A DNA stretch of 32,000 nucleotides, taken from assembly GCF_000341395.1 (NCBI RefSeq), contig NC_020304.1, positions 3,450,001 through 3,482,000 on the forward strand. Reading direction: 5' to 3'. Made by a program: the position numbers and the translations under genes. Within the stretch, counting starts at the first letter, position 1. Each line of letters opens with the position of its first letter. Under the pieces are notes generated by a model. It searched no databases. It had not been told where the DNA came from and saw only the letters and a program-made list of their open reading frames with translations. This document shows positions 17,902 through 27,152 of this stretch, piece by piece. The stretch comes from Desulfocapsa sulfexigens DSM 10523 (GTDB taxonomy: Bacteria > Desulfobacterota > Desulfobulbia > Desulfobulbales > Desulfocapsaceae).

Positions 17902-18969
17902 TTGGAGCATATCTTGACAAGCACACTTATCGTAACTGTTTTTTTAGCCGTTGCTGTTTCTGCCTTCTGTTCTATTCTGGAAGCGGTTCTTTATTCAATT
18001 TCAACAAGTCAGGTTGAGATGCTGAAGAAGCAGGGGCATAAATCAGGCCCTATTCTCCAGGAGCTCCGAGAAGATATTGATGAACCGATCACTGCCATTC
18101 TCACCCTGAATACCATAGCCAACACTCTCGGGGCCGCTGTCGCTGGAGCCGCTGCTGCCGTTGTCTTTGGTGAAGAAAATCTTTTCCTGTTTTCAGCTGT
18201 CTTCACTCTTATTATCCTGCTCTTCTCAGAAATACTTCCTAAGACATTCGGTGTCAGCTACACGGTGCTGCTTGCCCCCTATATTGCCCTTCCTCTTCGC
18301 TGGATGGTCATTATTCTGAAACCCATCATTCGGCTTTGCCAACTGATGACAAAAGTCATCCCGCAGGCCGAAAACAATGATACAATTTCCGCTGAAGAAC
18401 TTCAGGCCATTGCCGCCCTGTCCAAGCAATCTGGAGAAATAGGCGCAGATCAGGAACGGGTAATTTTTAATATTTTAGAGCTTGGTAATCGCGTTGTGCG
18501 TGATGTTATGACCCCACGTACCGTTACCTTTTCTCTCGATGAAACAATGACTGTGGCAGATGTTATGGCTAATGAAGCCAGACTTTCAAGCCACAGCCGA
18601 ATCCCCGTCTACAAGAATGAACCTGACAATGTAAGCGGTATCATCATGCGCCGTGATGTCCTGCGAGCAGTTGCTGAACAGCGCAACGATACTAAACTTT
18701 CTGAACTGACGACCCAGGTTCATTTTGTAGCGGAAATGTCTCCTTTAAATCATATTCTCGTCGAATTCTTTGAGATTCATCAACATCTCTTTGTGGTGGT
18801 TGATGAGTATGGTGCCGTAACAGGTGTTATTTCAATGGAGGACGTTCTTGAAGAAATCGTTGGTCGAGAAATTGTCGATGAATCAGATAAAACGCATGAT
18901 ATGCGAGAACTCGCTAGGAAATTAAACAGAAAAATCCCTGGAAAGCTCAAAAAAAATGCTAGTCACTAA
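17902..18969 (+). CDS. CNNM/CorC (HlyC) family transporter with CBS pair
   Basis: 355 aa. N-terminal DUF21/CNNM membrane domain (SAFCSILEAVLYSISTSQVEML) then CBS segments VMTPRTVTFSLDETMTVADVMANEARLSSHSRIPVY and FVVVDEYGAVTGVISMEDVLEEIVGREIVDE. The ORF-track start is TTG; TTG at 17914, behind a GGAG, is an alternative. Confidence 0.9.
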   Translation: MEHILTSTLIVTVFLAVAVSAFCSILEAVLYSISTSQVEMLKKQGHKSGPILQELREDIDEPITAILTLNTIANTLGAAVAGAAAAVVFGEENLFLFSAVFTLIILLFSEILPKTFGVSYTVLLAPYIALPLRWMVIILKPIIRLCQLMTKVIPQAENNDTISAEELQAIAALSKQSGEIGADQERVIFNILELGNRVVRDVMTPRTVTFSLDETMTVADVMANEARLSSHSRIPVYKNEPDNVSGIIMRRDVLRAVAEQRNDTKLSELTTQVHFVAEMSPLNHILVEFFEIHQHLFVVVDEYGAVTGVISMEDVLEEIVGREIVDESDKTHDMRELARKLNRKIPGKLKKNASH

Positions 18970-20071
18970 GGACCGAAAGGCGTAATCTGAGATCAATGGA
19001 CTTCCCATCACGAAGAATAGTAACAACAACTTCGTCGCCCACGGCATGGCGTTCAAGTTCAGTTCTTATATCATCGTAGGATTGCACTTTTTTCCCACCT
19101 ATATCAGTAATAATATCGCCCAATACTACTTCATTACCATACTGTTTTGTGGGACGGATTCCCGCCTGATGTGCAGGCCCTCCCTGTTCAACCCCAAGTA
19201 CAAGCACTCCATCTATTCCCAGGCGTTTGACAAGACGTGCATCAGCAAGAGATGCACCAATTCCCGGCCGGACCAGTCTTCCCTTACTGATCAACTGAGG
19301 AACAACCCGGTTCACCTCACTGACAGGCACGGCAAAACCAATCCCGGCATAAGCTCCGGATGGTGAAAAAATGGCAGTATTGACGCCAATAAGACGTCCT
19401 GCACTATCAAGAAGAGGGCCTCCTGAATTTCCTGGATTGATGGCGGCGTCTGTCTGAATCATATCACGGATTGTTCTACCGGTGATCGCTTTGATTTCAC
19501 GGCCAAGGGCGGATATAATCCCTGATGTGATGGTTTGATCCAGGCCGAAGGGATTGCCGACGGCAAAAACTTTTTGACCTACCTGAAGATCGGTTGATTC
19601 GCCAACGGGAATGGGACGTAACAAATGGGCCGGAGCATCAATCTGCAACACAGCTAGATCCTTATCGGGAGCAGCTCCGATAAGAACTGCCTTCCAGGTG
19701 CTGTGACCAGCCATGGTAACCTCAATCCGATTGGCATCGCTTATTACATGATAGTTGGTGACCACCCTGCCACTCCCATCCCATATAAATCCAGATCCTG
19801 TACCCTGTGGGATCTCAACAGCATTCAATGAAAACATGTTTCTCCGAACCGCAATGGTCGTAATATAGACAACGGAAGGAGAAATATTTTTAAAGAGTTC
19901 TATGGTGTTTTTTTCATCTTCGGCAAGATCACCGCGGGCTGTCACGGCACGCGGCTCAGCGGCAGGGCGAAAAACTCTGTTTTGAATTGGTTGAAAGAGC
20001 AGCCAGAGTCCAACAAGAATAAGGACAAGAATAGCAAGCGGTGAAACTTTTCCGGATGAAGATTTAAGCAT
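18959..20071 (-). CDS. HtrA/DegP-like trypsin-type serine protease with N-terminal TM and one PDZ domain
   Basis: 370 aa. GSGFIWDGSGRVVTNYHVI (His), DKDLAVLQ (Asp), QTDAAINPGNSGGPLLD (Ser), then PDZ VLGVEQGGPAHQAGIR...VVLGDIITDIGGKKVQSYDD. Confidence 0.95.
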   Translation of the reverse strand: MLKSSSGKVSPLAILVLILVGLWLLFQPIQNRVFRPAAEPRAVTARGDLAEDEKNTIELFKNISPSVVYITTIAVRRNMFSLNAVEIPQGTGSGFIWDGSGRVVTNYHVISDANRIEVTMAGHSTWKAVLIGAAPDKDLAVLQIDAPAHLLRPIPVGESTDLQVGQKVFAVGNPFGLDQTITSGIISALGREIKAITGRTIRDMIQTDAAINPGNSGGPLLDSAGRLIGVNTAIFSPSGAYAGIGFAVPVSEVNRVVPQLISKGRLVRPGIGASLADARLVKRLGIDGVLVLGVEQGGPAHQAGIRPTKQYGNEVVLGDIITDIGGKKVQSYDDIRTELERHAVGDEVVVTILRDGKSIDLRLRLSVLSD

Positions 20072-20090
20072 AATAACTAGTTACTACAAT

Positions 20091-21473
20091 TCAAAGATTC
20101 AGGAAAAATTTAGCAATCATAAAATAACCGAGAACTCCAAGTATATCAATTGCTGTGGTTACAAAAGGACCTGTGGCAATGGCAGCGTCAATATCAAAAC
20201 GTTTTAAAATAAGTGGAATAACAGTACCAATTGTTGCAGCCATGGCCATAGAAAAGAATATTGAAAGTCCTACAACCAGGCCAAGAAGTTTTGGTTCCGC
20301 ATATCCAAAATAGGCGAGTACCCCTAAGAAACCACCATAAAGGATCCCCAGAATAACACCCACTCGCATCTCTTTAAAAATTATTTTATGGAAATCTTCC
20401 ATATTAATGCGGCCTGTGGCGATGCCGCGGACAACGATGGTGGAGGACTGGGTTGCAATATTGCCGCCCATTCCCATGATAATGGGGATAAAGGCTGCGA
20501 GTGCAAGAACCTTGGTAAGCTCTTCTTCAAAGGCGCCAATAATGAACAATGCCATAACACCTCCGATCCAGGAAGCAAATAACCAGGGAGCACGAAGAAC
20601 GACATTTTCCGAAGTGGATTTTAGAAGAATTTCTCTATCTTTACCGGCACCGGCCATCTGTAAAAAAGCCTCGGTGGCTTCTTCCCGCATAACATCAATA
20701 ATATCATCCACTGTTACGATACCAACAAGCGTGTAGCTTGCATCGACAACAGGAACCGCGAGGAGATTATACTGGGAGATCACATGGGCAACTTCTTCCC
20801 TGTCGGTATCAGTACTTACTGACAACACATTCTTCTTCATGATATTTTTCAGTTGCCTGTGGGGCGGATTGGTAAGAAGTTCACGAAGTGAAACAACACC
20901 GGCAAGTTTACCATCGCCGAAGGTTATGTAGAGATAAAAGACCATCTCTTTTTCTTCACTTCTTTTCTGTACCTTGGCAATAGCTTCACCAACGCTTAAC
21001 TCCTCATCCAGATACATAAAATCTGGAGACATCAGGCCACCCGCACTTTCTGGATGATACTGAAGCAGTTCATCAACCTCTTCCCGATCAGCCTGTTCCA
21101 TTTGAGAGCGTATTTCAGCCCCAAAATCATCGTCCAATGCTTCTATAATATCAGCAGCATCATCCGAAGCCATCTCACTGATAACGTCGGCCATGAATTT
21201 CGGGCTGAGATTTTCAACAAGAGGCACCATGACTGATTCATCAAGTTCACTTATAAAATCACCCACCTGATCGGTCTGGGCCAGAATATCAAAGACTTCC
21301 TTGCGCTCAAGTTCCGAGAGATGTCTGAACACCCAGGCTGTATCAGCAGGATGGGTCTTAGTGATAAGTTTCAGGAGGTTTTCTGTGGCACCACGACGAT
21401 TCAATCTGCGGATCATATCGAGCAGCAGTTTCCCCTCGGTACCAATAAGTTCTTTTTTTTCGTTTTTTTCCAT
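20091..21473 (-). CDS. mgtE: Magnesium transporter MgtE
   Basis: ORF-track start is 21485; MEKNEKKELIG at 21473 is an alternative start. ADDAADIIEALDDD...EEVDELLQYHPESAGGLMSPDF, two CBS segments, then membrane domain PIIMGMGGNIATQSSTIVVRGIATG and MAMAATIGTVIPLILKRFDIDAAIATGPFVTTAIDILGV. Confidence 0.95.
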   Translation of the reverse strand: MEKNEKKELIGTEGKLLLDMIRRLNRRGATENLLKLITKTHPADTAWVFRHLSELERKEVFDILAQTDQVGDFISELDESVMVPLVENLSPKFMADVISEMASDDAADIIEALDDDFGAEIRSQMEQADREEVDELLQYHPESAGGLMSPDFMYLDEELSVGEAIAKVQKRSEEKEMVFYLYITFGDGKLAGVVSLRELLTNPPHRQLKNIMKKNVLSVSTDTDREEVAHVISQYNLLAVPVVDASYTLVGIVTVDDIIDVMREEATEAFLQMAGAGKDREILLKSTSENVVLRAPWLFASWIGGVMALFIIGAFEEELTKVLALAAFIPIIMGMGGNIATQSSTIVVRGIATGRINMEDFHKIIFKEMRVGVILGILYGGFLGVLAYFGYAEPKLLGLVVGLSIFFSMAMAATIGTVIPLILKRFDIDAAIATGPFVTTAIDILGVLGYFMIAKFFLNL

Positions 21474-21620
21474 TACTATCACCATGTTAACAATAGCCTT
21501 AAAGAGCTATGCCGGGTTCAAGGCCTTGACTTACATCCAGATGAACGTTACATGATACATCCAGTATACCAATTCCGTCAATTTGATTTAGCCATTTCTC
21601 TTATTTTCCAGACTTTACCC

Positions 21621-22859
21621 ATGTGTGAAATTTCCAGAACAGAAAATCCGAGCCACCGTGACATTGAAAATCTCTTTGCTCAGGCCTGTCAACTCCACCA
21701 AGACGGCAAGTTGGAAAAGGCTCTTAAGCTTTACAGACAACTCTTAAAAAAACTTCCTGGCTTATCATTACTTCACTTTAACTGCGGTCTGGTTCTCTTT
21801 GAACTCGGGTTGTTTCAGGACGCTGAAAACCATTACCGGAAAGCTGCAGGTTTGCAGGAAGACGATCCCGATATTCATTACAATCGTGGGCTTAACTTTA
21901 GAAGGTTATATAAGTTTTCAGAAGCTGCACAGTCTTTTGGATATGCCATCAAAGCAGGTGACACAACGGTTGACACATTCTACAACCTTGCACTCTGCCA
22001 CCAGGATATGGAAGATTATGCAGTAGCAGAGCGCTTGTATATGCGTATTCTTAAAGAAACACCAGACCACCTCTCAAGCCTCAACAATTACGCCTATCTC
22101 TGTCATAAATCAGGAAACATTAAAAAGGCAGAGCAACTCTACAGGCAACTGTTGTTGTATAACCCGCAGCATCAAGGCGCAAAACACATGCTTGACTCAC
22201 TCTCAGGAGAAACCCCTGACACGGCCCCACTGGAGTACGTGGAAGCTGTTTTTGACAATTATGCAACCGAATTTGAACAGAGTTTAATTGACAATCTTGA
22301 GTATAGAACCCCTACAACCTTACACACCCTTTACAACAATTTATTCCCAGACTCTTCAAGGATTCTTGCCCTTGATCTCGGGTGCGGAACCGGGTTGGCA
22401 GGACAGGAGTTTAACGATTGCTGCAGGGAAATTATCGGTGTTGATATCTCAGAAAAAATGCTGCATGTTGCGGCTGAGAAAAAGATATACAAAAAACTGA
22501 TCAAAGACGACATCCTTCACTTTCTCCAAAACAGCAGTGACGTCTTTGACTTGATTGTGGCAGTCGATGTCTTCACATATATGGGGTGTCTTGAACAGGT
22601 TTTCGCATCATGTTCGGACAGCAGTAGTGATAAGGGCCTCTTTCTTTTTTCGGTGGAAGTTTCACACAGTGAAACTTTTGAACTGAAGACAACAGGACGT
22701 TTTGGACACTCCCACGACTATATCAATATGGTATCCCAAAAAACAGGCTGGACTATTCTGAAAAGTGTCCATAGCAGATTAAGAAAGGATGGAGGAGAGT
22801 GGATAGAAGGATTTATTTTTATTCTCGAAAAACACGCAGATCCGCCAGGAAAATTCTAA
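21621..22859 (+). CDS. TPR-repeat protein with C-terminal class I SAM-dependent methyltransferase
   Basis: The ORF is open from 21321, but ATG at 21621 (MCEISRTENPSHRD...) avoids most of the overlap with mgtE. Several TPRs (DIHYNRGLNFRRLYKFSEAAQSFGYAIKAG) then SAM-binding motif ILALDLGCGTGLAGQEF...IIGVDISEKMLHVAAEK. Confidence 0.85.
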   Translation: MCEISRTENPSHRDIENLFAQACQLHQDGKLEKALKLYRQLLKKLPGLSLLHFNCGLVLFELGLFQDAENHYRKAAGLQEDDPDIHYNRGLNFRRLYKFSEAAQSFGYAIKAGDTTVDTFYNLALCHQDMEDYAVAERLYMRILKETPDHLSSLNNYAYLCHKSGNIKKAEQLYRQLLLYNPQHQGAKHMLDSLSGETPDTAPLEYVEAVFDNYATEFEQSLIDNLEYRTPTTLHTLYNNLFPDSSRILALDLGCGTGLAGQEFNDCCREIIGVDISEKMLHVAAEKKIYKKLIKDDILHFLQNSSDVFDLIVAVDVFTYMGCLEQVFASCSDSSSDKGLFLFSVEVSHSETFELKTTGRFGHSHDYINMVSQKTGWTILKSVHSRLRKDGGEWIEGFIFILEKHADPPGKF

Positions 22860-22917
22860 CAACAGAAAAAGGTCAAAAATCGATATCAACGCAGTCTTCA
22901 AAAAACTTCCCAAGGTT

Positions 22918-23115
22918 CTAAAAGTAGCCGCTACGCTGTACAAACCAGCAGATCAGCAAGCCTGAAGACATTGAAAAAAGACCCAGTATGCGAAGATGTT
23001 CTGCCTTCATCTCACTTATTTTTTTCAACCATTCACGCATGGATTCCGGGGATGCAACATAGGGTATACCTTCTACTATTAAGACCATGCCTACCAATAA
23101 AATTAAAATTTTCAT
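22918..23115 (-). CDS. DUF2065 (YjeT-like) small membrane protein
   Basis: 65 aa. MKILILLVGMVLIVEGIPYVASPESMREWLKKISEMKAEHLRILGLFSMSSGLLICWFVQRS; two hydrophobic segments with the family GIPY..P motif. Confidence 0.85.
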   Translation of the reverse strand: MKILILLVGMVLIVEGIPYVASPESMREWLKKISEMKAEHLRILGLFSMSSGLLICWFVQRSGYF

Positions 23116-23257
23116 AACTATTTCCCATGCAATTTGATATCATCAGCAAATGACAAGATGCTCCTAGATGGTTTGGAGATTCCTTGCAATTTCACAAAAC
23201 TCTTACTAATATGCATAAGTTTTCTCAATCCTTAACGATAACTAATATAATAGAAAA

Positions 23258-24322
23258 ATGAGCGACGTAAAACAATCTAAATACAGTGAAGCCGGAGTCG
23301 ATATTGACAAGGGCAATGCATTTGTTCATGGAATTAAAGACATTGTCAAATCAACGCATCAGCGCGGTGTTTTAAACGATATAGGTGGTTTTTCAAGCCT
23401 TTTTGCCATAGACACTGACAAATATAAACAGCCAGTGCTGGTAACCTCAACCGACGGTGTCGGTACAAAACTTGAGATTGCCAAGCGATGCAATAAGCAC
23501 GACACCATAGGCATTGACCTTGTCGCAATGTGCGTGAATGACATCATCGTTGGTGGCGCCAAGCCCCTCTGTTTCCTTGACTATTACTCAGTAGGAAAAC
23601 TCGAACTTGACGTTGCCACCGAAGTCGTAAGAGGTATTGCTGAAGGCTGCATCCAGTCTCAGTGCTCCCTCGTTGGTGGAGAGACTGCCGAGATGCCAGG
23701 TCTTTACAAGGCAGGAGACTACGACCTCGCAGGATTTGTTGTGGGAATTGGTGACCGTGACAAATTGATCGATGGTTCTGAGATACGGGTTGGCAACAAA
23801 ATAATCGGACTCAGATCATCCGGTCTTCACTCCAATGGTTTCTCCCTGGTTCGTAAAATATGCTTTAGCGACAATGATTTCAGCGTGGATCAGTACATGG
23901 AAGAACTCGGCTGCACCCTTGGCGAAGAACTTCTCAAGCCAACTAAAATCTATGTTCAGTCGGTTCTTGGAGTACTCAAAAGCTTTAAACTAAACGGTAT
24001 CGTTCACAACACGGGTGGTGGTTTTATAGACAACATTCCACGAATACTGCCTGCAGGGTGCAAAGCTGACATCAACTGCGGATGCTGGCAACCACAACCC
24101 ATCTTCGATTTCCTGGCGGAGAATGGTAAGGTTCCGAAAGAGGAAATGTACCGTACTTTTAATATGGGTATCGGCCTAATGATTGCTGTGGATGATGATG
24201 CCGTGGAAGAAATCATTCTTCGCTTCCAGGCCCATGGTGAAGAGGCCTTTGTTATTGGTGATATCACAGCTTTAAAAGAGGGTGATGAACAGGTTAACCT
24301 GACTTTTGAAAGACGCAAGTAG
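23258..24322 (+). CDS. purM: Phosphoribosylformylglycinamidine cyclo-ligase (AIR synthetase)
   Basis: 354 aa. YSEAGVDIDKGNAFV, TDGVGTKLEIA, IGIDLVAMCVNDIIVGGAKPLCFLDYY, LVGGETAEMPGLY, GLRSSGLHSNGFSL. Confidence 0.97.
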   Translation: MSDVKQSKYSEAGVDIDKGNAFVHGIKDIVKSTHQRGVLNDIGGFSSLFAIDTDKYKQPVLVTSTDGVGTKLEIAKRCNKHDTIGIDLVAMCVNDIIVGGAKPLCFLDYYSVGKLELDVATEVVRGIAEGCIQSQCSLVGGETAEMPGLYKAGDYDLAGFVVGIGDRDKLIDGSEIRVGNKIIGLRSSGLHSNGFSLVRKICFSDNDFSVDQYMEELGCTLGEELLKPTKIYVQSVLGVLKSFKLNGIVHNTGGGFIDNIPRILPAGCKADINCGCWQPQPIFDFLAENGKVPKEEMYRTFNMGIGLMIAVDDDAVEEIILRFQAHGEEAFVIGDITALKEGDEQVNLTFERRK

Positions 24323-24377
24323 AGACAAAAAACGTGTGTAACCTTCCGAACTGCCTCAGATAAGCTGTCGCTCGCGG

Positions 24378-24887
24378 TTACCCCACTCCGCAGTCACTGG
24401 TTCCCCCCTTGATCTTATCCAGGGCGTGGGCCAGTGAGGGCAGCAGTACTGCAATATTTTCCCGAGCAGCCTTTTCACTCCCGGGTAAATTAATAATCAA
24501 AGAGTTTCCGCGAATACCAGCTATCCCCCTTGAGAGTACTGCATGAGGCGTTTTCTTCAGGCTTTCAGCCCGCATGGCTTCAGCCATTCCAGGGATCTCC
24601 TTCTCTATGACATCGGCCATTGCCTCAGGAGTTACATCCGTTGGCGCAACCCCTGTCCCACCCGTCGTCAGAATAAGATCGACTTTCTGCTCATCCACCC
24701 ATGAAATAAGGGTCTCAGTAATCCCTTTGGCCTTGTCGGGAATCACAGCGTAGGCCTTCTGCTGATACCCCAAATCATTTAAGGTCTTCAGTAGATACGG
24801 CCCACTGGTATCTTCTCGTTCTCCACGTGATCCCTTGTCACTCATGGTAAGAACCCCGAAGGTAAATCTGCCAGTATCAATCTTCAT
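24378..24887 (-). CDS. Molybdenum cofactor biosynthesis protein, MogA/MoaB family
   Basis: 169 aa. FGVLTMSDKGSRGEREDTSGPYL, DLILTTGGTGVAPTDVTPEA, LSRGIAGIRGNSLIINLPGSEKAARENI. Confidence 0.93.
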   Translation of the reverse strand: MKIDTGRFTFGVLTMSDKGSRGEREDTSGPYLLKTLNDLGYQQKAYAVIPDKAKGITETLISWVDEQKVDLILTTGGTGVAPTDVTPEAMADVIEKEIPGMAEAMRAESLKKTPHAVLSRGIAGIRGNSLIINLPGSEKAARENIAVLLPSLAHALDKIKGGTSDCGVG

Positions 24888-24902
24888 TTCTTTACAATTT
24901 TC

Positions 24903-26960
24903 CTATTCTGCCTGGTTCGCCGCAACAACCTTCTCTGCGATCATAGCCGGAACTTCCTCATAATGAGAGAAACTAACGGTAAATGTTCCAAGTCCTCCTG
25001 TCATCGCTGTAAGATCTGCTGCATACAATAGAACCTCTGCCTGCGGAACCTGGGCCTTTATGATTTCACGCCCCTGATCCGCATCCATTCCCATAACCTT
25101 TCCGCGACGGGAATTCAAATCTCCCATGATATCCCCAACATGTTCCTTACCTACCACGATGGTCATATTCATAAAGGGTTCAAGAAGTACAAGTCCAGCC
25201 TCCTGGGCCCCTTTTTTAAATGCAAGAGAACCTGCAATCTTGAACGCCATCTCCGAGGAATCCACGTTATGGTAGGACCCATCTATCAGGCTGACCTTAA
25301 TGTCAACTACCGGATATCCAGCCATGACACCCTTCTCCATGGCTTCAAGGATGCCTTTTTCAACTGCAGGACGATACTGCTGTGGAATAACCCCACCAAC
25401 TATTTTATCTTCAAACTCAAAACCTTTTCCGCTATTTGGACCGATTTCAACGGTGCAGTCACCAAATTGGCCCCGGCCACCACTCTGTTTTTTATGTTTT
25501 CCCTGTACCGTTGCAGTTCCACGAATAGTTTCCTTGTAAGGAACCTTTGGCAAGGAAAGTTCCATCTCCACACCGAACTTGCGTTTAATCTTGGCCCCGA
25601 CCACATCGAGATGAACTTTTCCCACACCGGAAATGAGAACTTCACCGGTCTGCGGCTCCCTGGAAAGTCTGAGGGTAAGATCTTCATCAAGCATTCTGGT
25701 AATGGAGGAGAAAAGTTTTTCTTCATCACCTTTACTTGCACGAATAGCATAGGAAATAACGGGTTCCATAACATCCAGATCATCATAAATGATTGGTGCA
25801 GAGGCATCGCAAAGAGTATCTCCAGTGGTCGTTTCCTTAAGTTTGGCCACCGCAACAATCATTCCCGGTCCGGCACTCTCCACGGCCCTCTGTTCCTTTC
25901 CTTCTGGAATAAAAAGCTGGCCAAAACGCTCATCTGTTTCCTTGCTGCTGTTATAAAAGGTATCGCCCGAGAGGGTTCCAGAATAAATTCTAAAAATGGT
26001 TAAACGGCCAGCATAGGGGTCAGCCATGGTTTTAAATACCTGAGCTGAAAATTTTTCATCCGCTGCTGCCTTGCGTTCGACTGGTTCTCCATTTTTATCA
26101 ACGCCGATGAAATTTGGACGATCTGCTGGGGACGGCATAATATCATTAATGACATCAAGCAATGCTGACGTTCCAAAATTACTGGTTGCGGCGCCCAAAC
26201 ATACGGGTACGATAGCACCACTTGCAACCCCACCCTTTAATCCAGACTGCAGATCTTCCTGAGAAAGTTCACCATCTTCCAGGAACTTTTCAATCAGGTC
26301 ATCATCTGTTTCTGCAACCTGCTCCATCAGGCTTTCACGATAGAGGGCGACATCGTCTGCCATATCATCAGGAATATCGGTTTCCACAAGAGTACCTTTT
26401 CCACTTTCATCAAACAGGTAGGCCTTCTGACTCACCAGATCGACAAGACCACGGAATGAATCTTCTTCCCCAATAGGCAGGTGCAAAATAACGGGGGTAA
26501 CTGGAAGGGACTCCTTTATCTGATCAATGGTTCTTGTAAAATCTGCCCGCTCACGATCAAGCTTGTTAATCATGATGAGCGATGGCAGTTTTCTACTTGC
26601 TATAAAGTCAGCAAATTTAATAGTCTGCCCTTTAACGCCAAGAACAGCTCCAATGATAAAAACGGCCCCATCAACGACCTGGGTTGCCACGTAAGCTTCA
26701 TTGAGAAAATTATCATCACCCGGAGTATCCATAAAGTAAACATCATGCTTCTTCCATGAGTAATTATGAAATGAGTTATTAATGGAAACATTCCGCTTGA
26801 TTTCTTCATCTTCAAAATCGAGGGCCGAAGTTCCCTCATCAACCTTACCGAGACGTTTGATCTTACCGGCTGTGTACAGCATGGCTTCAGCCAAAGAGGT
26901 TTTTCCACAACTTCCGTGTCCAATGATCGCGATGTTTCTTATCTTACTGATATCCTGCAT
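24903..26960 (-). CDS. Elongation factor G-like GTPase (EF-G paralogue type)
   Basis: ORF track begins at 27020, but AAGGAGG precedes ATG at 26960 (MQDISKIRNIAIIGHGSCGKTSLAEAMLY). MDTPGDDNF, MINKLDRERADF, then EF-G domains II-V (GRLTIFRIYSGTL, GEVLISGVGKVHLDVV, YHNVDSSEMAFKIAGSLAFKKG). Confidence 0.93.
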   Translation of the reverse strand: MQDISKIRNIAIIGHGSCGKTSLAEAMLYTAGKIKRLGKVDEGTSALDFEDEEIKRNVSINNSFHNYSWKKHDVYFMDTPGDDNFLNEAYVATQVVDGAVFIIGAVLGVKGQTIKFADFIASRKLPSLIMINKLDRERADFTRTIDQIKESLPVTPVILHLPIGEEDSFRGLVDLVSQKAYLFDESGKGTLVETDIPDDMADDVALYRESLMEQVAETDDDLIEKFLEDGELSQEDLQSGLKGGVASGAIVPVCLGAATSNFGTSALLDVINDIMPSPADRPNFIGVDKNGEPVERKAAADEKFSAQVFKTMADPYAGRLTIFRIYSGTLSGDTFYNSSKETDERFGQLFIPEGKEQRAVESAGPGMIVAVAKLKETTTGDTLCDASAPIIYDDLDVMEPVISYAIRASKGDEEKLFSSITRMLDEDLTLRLSREPQTGEVLISGVGKVHLDVVGAKIKRKFGVEMELSLPKVPYKETIRGTATVQGKHKKQSGGRGQFGDCTVEIGPNSGKGFEFEDKIVGGVIPQQYRPAVEKGILEAMEKGVMAGYPVVDIKVSLIDGSYHNVDSSEMAFKIAGSLAFKKGAQEAGLVLLEPFMNMTIVVGKEHVGDIMGDLNSRRGKVMGMDADQGREIIKAQVPQAEVLLYAADLTAMTGGLGTFTVSFSHYEEVPAMIAEKVVAANQAE

Positions 26961-27152
26961 GCAAACCTCCTTGAAAATAACAGTTGTGCCATCGTCTCGT
27001 CGATGGAATACAAGGATCAATCCTCAGACAAGCAAAAGCCCTTGATCAACTCCGAATAGGTAGAATATTTCTCTATCCATATATTCAATATTTTCAATGA
27101 AAGTCAAGGATGTTCGCTAATTCCCTATTCATTCACCATAAATAATGAAAAG

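Noticed and set aside
18959-18969. 11-bp tail-to-tail overlap of the CNNM-type transporter and HtrA-like genes as a regulatory device
   Set aside because: Short convergent overlaps are common in compact bacterial genomes and nothing else marks this one.
21447-21473. A7 and A8 runs in the first nine codons of mgtE as a phase-variation switch
   Set aside because: MEKNEKKE encoded by AAA-rich codons explains the runs, and mgtE is not a typical phase-variable gene. Read-level indel evidence would be needed.
21321-21620. N-terminal 100 residues of the 512-aa TPR-methyltransferase ORF
   Set aside because: This part runs through the 5' end of mgtE in antisense and lacks TPR-like sequence. The internal ATG at 21621 gives a cleaner start.
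25140-26003. 287-aa plus-strand ORF antisense to the EF-G-like gene
   Set aside because: Long only because the opposite strand has few stop-generating codons; sequence has no domain character, while the minus strand is clear EF-G-like coding.
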